From Squalus acanthias (lineage: Eukaryota), in assembly GCA_030390025.1 (NCBI GenBank), contig CM059440.1:21328001-21392000 (forward strand): a stretch of 64,000 nt of DNA, given 5' to 3'. The notes beneath the pieces are model-generated. The model was not told the origin of the DNA. It did not search any database and saw only the letters and a list, made by a program, of their open reading frames with translations. Position numbers and translations under genes: made by a program. Below are positions 13,501 to 25,500 of this stretch, piece by piece (positions within the stretch are counted from its first letter, which is position 1; every line of letters starts with the position of its first letter).

Positions 13501-16500
13501 ACCAGCTCGTCGCACACGTTCCTCAGCTCACTGGACGGGTAGGATTTCATCGACTGGCTCCGCTTGTGCTGCTCCCCGGCTCGAGTCAGGATACTCGATT
13601 TCTGCAGCGACAGAACAGACTGTGAGGCCCAACACACAGAGAAACAGGCAAAGTAACTGGGAGCCTCGAACCCCCTATGGTGCCGGGGGCCGCAACCCCC
13701 GACCATGCCGTCACCCCTGCGCAACCCCCGACCTTGCCGGGAGCCTCGACCGTGCTGGGGGGGCGCGACCCCAGAATGCGCTGGGAGCCATGAATCCCCC
13801 GAGGCAGAGTTTAAGTTTTATTTCAAGTTGGAGCGTATATTTAACTATTCGCAGTTACCGATGCAACTGAGCTGCTGGCTGCAAGATGGAATGTCCAACA
13901 CCACAACAATTCGCAGTTATACAGCAACTTTAACATCGTAAAACATCCCAAGGCATTTCATAGGGTCATCATTGACACCGAGCCACACATCACTAAGAAA
14001 CAAATTATCTGGTCATTATCACATTGCTGGGAGCTTGCTGTGCACAAGTTGGCTGCCGTATTTCTTACATTGCAACAGTGACTGCATTTCAAAAGTACTT
14101 AATTGGCTGTAAAGTGCTTTGGGATGTCCTGAGGTCGTGAAAGGCGCTATAGAAATGCAAGTCTTTCTTTCCCTGTATCAAGCTTATTTTGATGTAATGT
14201 TGCAAGTTTTGTCAGTTACAGGCTGGAGAGAGAAACAAACTGAAACAATGCCTTGCGATTGGTTCAGCGCAGGTCCGACGGTTCCTTTTAAAATTTTAGT
14301 GCTGGGATATTCAAAATCCAGGCAGTCCCAGTAACACTTTTCAAGGATATTCAAATCAAAGGGTCTATTTGACAATCTCAAAGAAACCAATTTGTTTGAA
14401 ACTGCTGAAAAATTATTTTGAATTTCCATGAAACAGTTTAATTAGGTTTCTACAGTGGGAAGAAATTCTATAAAAAGAAACACTATTATTTATAAAAGAT
14501 TAGCTAAGATCGTGGAGCTGCAATCTTTTTATTTTGTCCACTGACAGGTGTAAATATACAACCACTAATAGGTAAATATATACCTATAAATACGCAAATA
14601 TATAACTACATTTTATAATGTTCCTTATGTGCTTGCTCATCCTTTGATATGACTGGAGTGAGAGTTCATTGAGCCAGAGGGTAATTCCAGTTGCAAAAGC
14701 AATTATCAGACGGGGTTTGCTGTTCATTTACTGGGCGCATTACCCAAAGCTTAGTTAAATCTCAAGGCAAGGAGAGGCACTGTCGAAGGGTTGGGGTGTT
14801 GGGCCTCACGGTGAGAGCGATGCAAGATACAAGAGCGGAAATAATCTATGGTAAGAAGGTTAGAAAAGACCTAGAAACATACCAGCCATTATAAAATTCC
14901 AAGTTGTTGCTTTCAGTTACTCATTAACAGGAACAAAAAAAATCAAAGTAAAATAATAAACATGTAACTGAACAAACGACCACACTGACAAGACACAAAA
15001 AGTGCGAGTAATTGCAGAAGTGTGAACTTCAATTGCAGGGAAAGGTTAGAAAAACGTCAGAGTAGATCACAGGCGCACTCCGGTGGCTGTCGCCACTACT
15101 GCAGAGAATTGGAAACATACAGGTTAATGAAAAGAGGCCACCGACACCACAGGCTTTATCCTAGCAGAGTCAGTAAGATAGCGTGCGTGCTCAGTATTGA
15201 GTACAGCCCAGTGACTGGTCACTTCAGGGTCAGTTATTGGATACACGGAGTACAGCCCAGCGACGGGTCACTTCACACCTTGGAACTGTGGCTGATGACA
15301 AGTCATTTGGAATAAAAATTTACTCCTCAACCAACAGCACTAAAACAGATCATTTGGTAATTTATCTCATCGCTGTTTGTGGGAGCTTGCTGTGCTCCAA
15401 TTGGTTGCCGTATTTCCTACATTACAACGGTGACTACACTTCAAAAGTACTTCACTGGCTGTAAAGTGCTCGGAGATGTCTGAGGTTGTGAAAGGCGCGA
15501 TAGAAATGCAAGTTATTTCTTTATTTTCTTCATTATTCCACAACGCAAAAGGTGATTTGACCCAGTGTGTCTATCAGCTCTTCACTCGAACAATCTAAAT
15601 GTAATCCCACTGCCCAGCTCTCTCCCCATATCCCTGTATCTTCTTCAGTTTCCCACTGCCATCCCACAGCCAGGGGGAGCCCTAGTCATTGCCTCAGACG
15701 CTCTCGGGGACATACTCCAATTAGCGGAGAGCGATCATGCTCCACAGCATCATAGCTTCAGTTGGCATCACTTGCGCCGTGCTCTGTTCAATGTGTTGAT
15801 ATTACACTGGCGTAGATTTACCTTAAACTTAATGTTGTTGCTGATGAGGATGTTTCCCTTCATGAACTCCTTCTCATTCCCTCGGTTCTCCGTGACGACA
15901 GGGTAGGCATGATGTGCTGTGGTGCGCAGAATACTGACCAGTGATTGGATTCGGGTGTGAGGATAGACATAGGTTAGATTTGGCTCCATGATATCGCTGG
16001 CTGTCAGTCTGGGATTGAACATAAATATAATCAAACTCCAGTCTTTGAGACATGGTTTAAAACAATGTTCCCTGTAAGCTCCAGGGATCCCGTGCAGCCA
16101 GCTCTTCAATACAAAAACTGCGCACGCGCTGTATTTTGAATGGCCATCGCCGCATCTTAAAGGGTCCGCGCAGGGCTAAACAAAATTAGAGGGAAGTTCT
16201 GACGAAGGGTCATCGACCTGAAACGTTAACTCTGTTTCTCTCTCCACAGATGCTGCCTGACCTGCTGAGTATTTCCAGCATTTTCTGTTTTTATTTCAGA
16301 TTTCCAGCATCTGCAGTATTTTGCTTTTGTAAAATTAGAGGGAACACTGGTTTAGAAGTACTTTTACAATGTTTCCCTCTCAGCCTCACCGAGTGGCCAG
16401 CCTGGAGCCACTGCACAATCTCAACAGTTACTCTTTGCCCAAAGTGGAATCGCAGAACTCCGTTTCTGACCCGGGGAGGGAATCCCCCAGGACAACAACC

Positions 16501-19500
16501 CAGACATTCAGTGACAAACTATCAAACCTCTGGCACACCAGCAACCACTAGAGAAGAGTCTGAATAACCGGTGCAAGTTCTGTCTCTCTGCACCATCACT
16601 TAACTCTCTAACACTCAGATTATCAAACCATTTAAATACTGAAGTAATGAACTGCAACAAGGAGCAGACCAGAGGGATTCAGCAAAGATGAAGGATTTAG
16701 TTTCCGAGAGGAAGGAGCCCTGGGCATTGCCAGACACTGCTGCTCTGTGCAATGTGTGTCTCTCAAATGCTGATTTCAAATTAAATCTAATCAATGGCTA
16801 ATTGATTCACTGATAACACTGATCAATTATCTGGCAAGCTTAGACAGGATAGCTGCGCGAGTCAAAAACGATAAACACCTACTTATCCATTTCAGCCTCA
16901 GTCTCCCACTCGAGTAACGGGACACCACGGAGCCCTACATGCAGGTCGTAAATCCCTTTATTGAAGAAATCGCCCGTCCACTTCGCCACCTGGTGAAACA
17001 CAGAGAGGAGAGGGATGGAATTCTCGGATAAAACGCACCCGACAGCGACAGTCTGAGGCACTTAGCACCGTGCACGTATCGAATGTGAACTTTACCCTGC
17101 CCCTCCTGGAGCTGCGAGGCACCTCACTGGGCACTGAAACATCAGCTCTGGGTACTCCAGCCACTCTCAATTCACTAAAAGGGCAGCTGTAATCGGGAGG
17201 GCACAAATTTACAGACAATTCTAGCACAACCCCAGGATCGTCACATTAGTACCTCATCTCGGCGTTGTCCCTTAATCTCAGCATTTAACACAATAACTAC
17301 ACGTTCATCGGCATTTCATTGCCTCCCACGTGGGCAGAGACACCAAGACAGACACAGACACATACCATCAGTGTGACCATGATGGGCAATCCATATGTGA
17401 TTTCATTGGTAGATTCAATAAGAATGACAGTGAGACTGATGGTCATACGGACCACCCCACCGAGGAACGCAGCCGCTCCGACCAGAGCAAAGGTCCCGGA
17501 ATAGATGTGAGTCATCCCGATGAACCTGGGACAGATTAAAAAAAGTTAAAAGCTGTTGCCATCCCCAATGCCCCCCAACCCCACCGGCCCCCGTTCTCCA
17601 CCCCCCGCCCCAACCCCAGGGTGTGAAACGCAGAATCTCACAGTTGGCGACTGCTGCTTTGGATACGAATGCCTGTCCACGCTCACTGCACTTCAACATT
17701 TGCACAATCTCAGACAAATGGCAGTCACCTCGGGTGGAGGGGGGGGGTGCGGAAACCAACCACACGGAACTCATTCCCGCATCACTCACGTTTTCAGAAC
17801 GTTTGCCACGAGTCGGCCGTAGGCAGCTCCGCAGAGGAGCGAGGGCACGAAGAGCCCGCTGGGGACCGACACACCGTACGTCCAACAGGCCAGAATAAAG
17901 TAAAGAATAAAGAAAATGCTCAGAGTGACCGGACTGAAGGTTCCTGCAGAAACAAGAACAGTAAAACACTTCAAAACAACAAAAGAGCAAAATCTTTCAG
18001 TAGATCCAACAATTGCACTAAAATCATAGGATTATTGTGTGTTGTGTGGGACAGGCTGGCTGGACCAGTCGGTCTTTGCCGTAGTTCGAATAAACATCTG
18101 GACCAGATAGACAATTACAGCAATCTCAACTGCCTAAATTACCCAAATTGGAGAGTATTCTCCTGATTTGTGACCGATAAAATGACCAAAGTCGTGACCG
18201 ACAAGTGGAACCAGACCCCAGTGAGGGAGCATAGGAACAGGAAGCCATTCAGCCCCTCGAGCCTGTTCCATCATCCAATTAGATCATGGCTGATCTGTAT
18301 CTTAAGTCCATCTACCTGCCTTGGTTCCATAACCTTTAATACACTTGCCCAACAAAAATAATCAATCTCAGATTTGAAATTTTCAATTGACCCCCAGCCT
18401 CAAGAGCTTTGGGGAGTGGGGGGCGGACAGAAGTGTTCCAGATTTCCACTCTCCGTATATGGCACCAGACCCCGGTGAGGGGGTCAGCGCCCGTGGCACC
18501 AGACCCCGGTGAGGGGGTCAGCGCCCGTGGCACCAGACCCCGGTGAGGGGGTCAGCGCCCGTGGCACCAGACCCCGGTGAGGGGGTCAGCGCCCGTGGCA
18601 CCAGACCCCGGTGAGGGGGTCAGCGCCCGTGGCACCAGACCCCGGTGAGGGGGTCAGCGCCCGTGGCACCAGACCCCGGTGAGGGGGTCAGCGCCCGTGG
18701 CACCAGACCCCGGTGAGGGGGTCAGCGCCCGTGGCACCAGACCCCGGTGAGGGGGTCAGCGCCCGTGGCACCAGACCCCGGTGAGGGGCTCAGCGCCCGT
18801 GGCACCAGACCCCGGTGAGGGGCACAACACAACAGGAATTAATGCAAAAAGGAACTGTATAAAACCAAACCTGCTGTGACTCACCGTCCTGGTGGAAGAG
18901 CTGGAGAATGGCAGTCTCTTGTGGGTTGAAGAACAGTGTGGCCATGTCATTGTAGGTTTGATTGGGACAGAAGAAGGTTTTGATGCTGGAATTTATATTC
19001 CCCTCAGATAGCTGAGTGAAAAAAGCCAAGAACAATAAAAACACACTGCACAGCGACAAGATTCAATCGCACAGTCACAGGAACTGTTGTACGTGAACAA
19101 GATCAGCCTCTTCAGACACCCATTTATAACACGCAGAGTTTTACTTTTCATACAGCGAATGAGGCAAAGTCTCTAACTCCCAGGGATGGCTAGAACAAGC
19201 CGATCTCTCACCCCTACACTGACACACAGTAAACATTTAAAGGACAAACTTGTGAACAGATCACTGAATTCAGGTCACTTCTGACACAGCTACTAGTCTC
19301 AATATAGAAAAACAAACTCGCGTGTGTGGTGTGTGTCGCGCGCGCGTGTTTTTCTCTCTCTCGCCCACAGCGCAGGATTCCTGCAGCCGTCCTGCCCAGC
19401 GCTAGGAATTGTTCAAGACTCATCCTGGGAAGTCGCTCTCCGACCACCCCACCCTTCATGTGGGCAAAGACTTGGTCTCTCTCCAAATCTCGCGAGCACC

Positions 19501-22500
19501 AGAAAATTGCCACACCAAGGAGTGTGACCACGAACCGGGCAACCCCTCCTCAGTGTACACTGCACAACATCTTTCACCAATTGTACCCGTACACACTCAT
19601 CCCTCCATCTGTACAGTGCTGGGGCACCACAGTACTCAGCATTTATACCCACTGCACTGTGAAGCACAAGATCAGCAGAAGTTGTTTGGGGCAATTTAGC
19701 TTTTTAATAGAAAAAAAATATCTTGCAATAAAAGCAACACTTTGACTCAAGATGCTCTCAGAGATTGTGATGTCAGCAGACAGCTATAATCTTGTATATA
19801 CATAAAAGAAAGGCCTCTTCCTTGCTCTGCTTGAACCTCACTGCTGGCTGTTAGCCTGATGCGATTCTTGTTGGAAGTACAGACAGCAGCAACAAGCGAG
19901 GGCAGGAGCGGAACAGAAGTGATTGTCTCCATCAAATCACTTGGATACAAAGTAAAATGAGTGAAGACAATACATCTCCTCCCCTGACAATCATTGCACA
20001 ACAAAGCCAACAAGTCTACATATAAGATTCTGAGGGGGATTGACAGGGTAGGTGCTGAGAGGTTGTTTCCCCTGGCTGGAGAGTCTAGAACTAGGGGGCA
20101 TAGTCTCAGGATAAGGGGTAGGCCATTTAAGAGATGAGGAGGAATTTCTTCACTCAGAGGGTTGTGAATCTTTGGAATTCTCTGCCCCAAAAGGCTGTGG
20201 ATGCTGAGTCGTTGAGTATATTCAAGGCTGAGATAGATAGATTTTTGGACTCTGGGGGAATCAAGGGGTTCCCAATGGAGTTGAGGTCAAAGCTCAGCCA
20301 TGATCTTATTGAATGGCAGAGCAGGATTGAAGGGCTGTATGGCCTACTCCTGCTCCTAATTCTTATGTTCTTAAAAAGTTTCAAAACCCCTCCGGTGATT
20401 GCGAAAGCGTGAGTGACACCCTCACCTGTAGTGTTGCGTTGTTGCTGTGCGTTTGCGAAGGGATCTCACGACATTCTCCTAGTGTCATGGAGGCTATAAA
20501 TATTACCATTGTTGTCACCATGGCAACCAGCAGACTCTCCAGGACCCTGAGGACAGGGAGATAGAGACAACGGTGAGACACAAACAAACCCGGAAATAGT
20601 AGAGAACCAAGGCTCCAGCGAGAATGAGGAACTGAAAGAAATTAGTATTAGTAAAAAGTTAGGACTGGAGAAATTAATGGGACTGAGAGCCAATAAATCC
20701 CCTGGACCTGATGGCCTACATCCTTAGGTTTTGAAAGAGGTGGCTATAGAGATAGCGGATGCATTGGTTGTCATTTAACAAAATTCCATAGATTCTGGAA
20801 CGGTTCCCGCGGATTGGAAGGTAGCAAATGTAACCCCACTATTTAAGAAAGGAGAGAGAAAACGTGGAACTACAGACCAGTTAGCCTGACATCAGTAGTA
20901 GGGAAAATGCTAGAATCTATTATTAAGGACGTGGTAACAGCAGTTAGAAAATAATAACAGGATTGGGCAGAGTCAACACAGATTTATGAAAGGGAAATCG
21001 TGTTTGACAAATCTGTTGGAGTTTTTTGAGGTTGTAACTAGCAGAATAGATATGGGGAAACCAGTGGATGTTGTGTATTTGGATTTTCAGAAGGCATTCG
21101 ATAAGGTGCCACACAAGAGGTTATTAAACAAAACTAGGGCTCATGGGATTGGGGGTAATATAACTAGCATGGATTGAGGACTGATTAATGGACAGAAAAC
21201 AGAAAGTAGGAATAAATGGGTCATTTTCGGGTTGGCAGGCTGTAACTAGTGGGGTACCGCAAGGATCAGTGCTTGGGCCTCAGCTATTCACAATCTATAT
21301 CAATGATTTGGATGAGGGGACCAAATGTAATATATCCACGTTTGCTGATGATACAAAGCTGGGTGGGAATGTGAGAGATTGGGAAATGTTGGCGTTCAGA
21401 GGGACCTGGGTGTCCTTGTACACAAATCACTGAAAGTTAACATGCAGGTACAGCAAGCAATTAGGAAAGCAAACGGTATGTTGGCCTTAATTACAAGAGG
21501 ATTTGAGTATAAGAGTAAAGACATCTTATTGCAATTATATAGGGCCCTGGTGAGTCCACACTTGGAATAGTGTGTACAGTTTTGGTCTCCTTACCTAAGG
21601 AAGGATATACTTGCCATAGAGGGGGTGCAACCAAGGTTCACCAGACTGATTCCAAGGATGGGGGGGATTGTCCTACAAGGAGAGATTGAGTAGACTAGGC
21701 CTATATTCTCTGGAGTTTAGAAGAATGAGAGGTGATCTCATTGAAACATACAAAATTCTTACAGGGCTTGACAGGGTAGGTGCAGGGAGGATGTTTCCCC
21801 TAGCTGGGGAGTCTAGAACCAGGGGTCACAGTCTCAGAATAAGGGGTCAGCCATTTAGGACTGAGATGTGGAGAAATTTCTTCGCTCAGAGGGTGGTGAA
21901 TCTTAGGAATTCTCTACCCGAGGGCTGTGGAGGTTCAGTCGTTGAGTATATTCAAGACAGAGATCGATATATATGTTTGAATATTAAGGGAATCAAGGGT
22001 ATGGGGATAGTGCAGGAAAGTGGAGTTGAGGTAGAAGATCAGTCATGATCTTACTGAATGGCGGAGCAGGCGCGAAGGGCCAAATGGCCGACTCCTGCTC
22101 CTATTTCTTATGTTCTTAAACCTTCACATGACTTTTCAACTTAAATAGAACGTAAATGGATACGATGAGCCTCACTGTTGCAGGCAGGTTACATCTAATA
22201 GTTGAGGCATTTGCATCACTGAGACCGGATTTGAGGTGACATGCAGAAAATACCAAGTTTACACCCAGCTCCCAGAGAGGGCTGCGCACAGTTGCTGACC
22301 TCAGGCAGGTACAGCTTCTGAGGGGTGCAGTTGCCGACTCAGGACGTGGGGGAGGGGTGGAAAATCAGCCAGGGCCCCCCCAGTCCTGGTCCAGTGACGC
22401 AGGCTGGAAGACATACTTTGAACATTGTTTGAGGCCAGGAATGGACTCAACTTGTGATGCCTCTCGTATAGAATAGCCTGCTGACACTCAACCATCCATA

Positions 22501-25500
22501 CAGCATGAGGCATTGGGGGGGCAACCTGTGGAACTGTACCCCAGCAAGAGTCAGCGTCATCAGGAAAGATGGGAAAAAAGGTTGCTAGCTTAAAAAACAA
22601 TTAGGAATACGATCAGAGTTTAATATGTGGATGCTGTGAGTTTGAGGAACACTCTCCCAGCCACACTAGCTCTGCTCACTTACCGGACAAACTTGGCCTT
22701 GGGGTGCACATTGCGCATGCGGTACTTCGCCAGCCTCCTATTCAGACAGTTAAACATTGCTCCCAGGAGTCCACCAATCACACCCATGATGATGAAGAAT
22801 GTCAGGTCCACCACTGTCCACAAATGACACTTCTTGTCTCCGTCTGCACACTAACACACAATGACATCAGCAACCGGTCGAGACTGGCTTAAACCAAGAA
22901 CTAATAAAACCACCAGATCCTACCTGACACGGCTCACGTGGGCGCTCTCCCCCTCGCTCCGCCTCTCCCCTCCGCCCCCCCTCCCCCGCTCCGCCTCTCT
23001 CCCCCCTCGCTCCGTCTCTCTCCCCCCCCTCGCTCCGCCTCTCTCCCCCCCCTCGCTCCGCCTCTCTCCCCCCCTCGCTCCGCCTCTCTCCCCCCCTCGC
23101 TCCGCCTCTCTCCCCCCCCTCGCTCCGCCTCTCTCCCCCCCCTCGCTCCGCCTCTCTCCCCCCCCTCGCTCCGCCTCTCTCCCCCCCCTCGCTCCGCCTC
23201 TCTCCCCCCCTCGCTCCGCCTCTCTCCCCCCCTCGCTCCGCCTCTCTCCCCCCCCTCGCTCCGCCTCTCCCCCCCTCGCTCCGCCTCTCTCCCCCCCTCT
23301 CTCCCCCCTCGCTCCGCCTCTCTCCCCCCTCGCTCCGCCTCTCTCTCCCCCCTCGCTCCGCCTCTCTCTCCCCCCTCGCTCCGCCTCTCTCTCCCCCCTC
23401 GCTCCGCCTCTCTCTCCCCCCTCGCTCCGCCTCTCTCTCCCCCCTCGCTCCGCCTCTCTCCCCCCTCGCTCCGCCTCTCTCTCCCCCCTCGCTCCGCCTC
23501 TCTCTCCCCCCTCGCTCCGCCTCTCTCTCCCCCCTCGCTCCGCCTCTCTCTCCCCCCTCGCTCCGCCTCTCTCTCCCCCCTCGCTCCGCCTCTCTCCCCC
23601 CTCGCTCCGCCCTCGCTCCGCCTCTCTCCCCCTCGCTCCGCCTCTCTCCCCCTCGCTCCGCCTCTCTCCCCCCCGCTCCGCCTCTCTCCCCCCTCGCTCC
23701 GCCTCTCTCCCCCCTCGCTCCGCCTCTCTCCCCCCTCGCTCCGCCTCTCTCCCCCCTCGCTCCGCCTCTCTCCCCCCTCGCTCCGCCTCTCTCCCCCCCT
23801 CGCTCCGCCTCTCTCCCCCCCCTCGCTCCGCCTCTCTCCCCCCTCGCTCCGCCTCTCTCCCCCCTCGCTCCGCCTCTCTCCCCCTCGCTCCGCCTCTCTC
23901 CCCCCTCGCTCCGCCTCTCTCCCCCTCGCTCCGCCTCTCTCTCTCCTCCCCCTCGCTCCGCCTCTCTCTCTCCTCCCCTCGCTCCGCCTCTCTCTCTCCT
24001 CCCCTCGCTCCGCCTCTCTCTCCCCCCCTCGCTCCGCCTCTCTCCCCCCCTCGCTCCGCCTCTCTCCCCCCCCTCGCTCCGCCTCTCTCCCCCCTCGCTC
24101 CGCCTCTCTCTGCCTCTCTCCCCCCGCCTCGCCTCTCTCCCCCCCTCGCTCCGCCTCTCTCTCTCCCCCCCTCGCTCCGCCTCTCTCTCCCCCCCCTCGC
24201 TCCGCCTCTCTCTCTCCCCCCCTCGCTCCGCCTCTCTCTCCCCCCTCGCTCCGCCTCTCTCTCCCCCCCTCGCTCCGCCTCTCTCTCTCCCCCCCCTCGC
24301 TCCGCCTCTCTCTCTCCCCCCCCTCGCTCCGCCTCTCTCTCCCCCCCTCGCTCCGCCTCTCTCTCCCCCCCCTCGCTCCGCCTCTCTCTCTCCCCCCCTC
24401 GCTCCGCCTCTCTCTCTCCCCCCTCGCTCCGCCTCTCTCTCTCCCCCCCTCGCTCCGCCTCTCTCTCTCCCCCCCTCGCTCCGCCTCTCTCTCTCCCCCC
24501 TCCCACATCCCTCACAGTTGGACATTGGAGCGAGGGGGGTAGCGGGGCCGGGAGCGAGACAGAAAGATTATGAAAATGCAACTTGCTTTTATATAGCACC
24601 TTTCACGACTGTAGGTCATCCCAAAGCCAATTTGCGCACAGCAGGATCCCACAAACAGAAATGTGAAAATGACTAGATAATCTGCTTTTAGTGATGTTGG
24701 TTGTGGACAGGGCACCACGGAGAACTCCCCTTTTCTTCGATAAGAGCACTGGGATCTTTTACAGTCACCTGTGAGGGCAGACGGGGCCTCGGTTTAGCAT
24801 CTCATCCAAAGACAGCACCTTCAACAGCGCAGCACTCCCTCAGTACTGCACTGGGAGGTCAGCCTAGATTATGTGCTCAAGTCTCTGGAGTGGGTCTTCA
24901 CTAGAACAATCCAATAATTTAATAAGTCTAAATTTTCAAACAATAAGAAAGGTTAATTTCTACTAATTGTGCAACTGATCTGCAACAGCAAGAATTACTG
25001 AATCAGCAATACATCGGAACAAATCACCTCACTCATTTTGTCAGACTAGGGAATCTCTAATAACGATACCAGCTCTGCCCAAGGACTGGTTCAAACACCT
25101 CAAAACTATTAGTCGTCGTTTTTTTAGTTGAGAAAGTTAAGGCCGTTACAGAAAGTGTCACCAAATCCATAGAATACCTTGAACTCGCCAAAGTTGAGCA
25201 GCCCAGGCAGCTGGAAGGACCCCCAGCTCCCATAGCGAATCCCCGATCGGAACAGATTCAGCGTGAAGGTGGCAGACATTGAGCAGAAGAGCTGGAAAAG
25301 AGCAGAGTGGAAACCGATTGAAGGGCAGATCTACACCTGATCACAGAACCCCCCACTCCAGCCAAACTACTGCACCGCCCCACACACAGCCCACCCCCAC
25401 CATCCCAAACTATTGCACCGTCCCACACACAGCCCAACCCCCAGCCCAACTACTGCACCGTCCCACACACAGCCCAACCCCCAGCCAAACTACTGCACCG

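Larger units (their letters stand above)
16063..16349. mobile_element. hAT-type MITE hosting the family A insertion
   Basis: TIRs CAATGTTCCCT...AGGGAACACTG with 8-bp flanks GTTTAAAA / GTTTAGAA (7/8 match). Confidence 0.65.

Noticed and set aside
18460-18822. CRISPR-like regular 34-bp repeats
   Set aside because: The units are contiguous with no unique spacers, there are no cas genes, and the context is a eukaryotic intron.
22861-24599. Five overlapping ORFs of 524-570 aa (Pro/Ser/Leu-rich or Gly/Glu/Arg-rich)
   Set aside because: They are translations of an intronic minisatellite that lacks stop codons on both strands, with no domain content.
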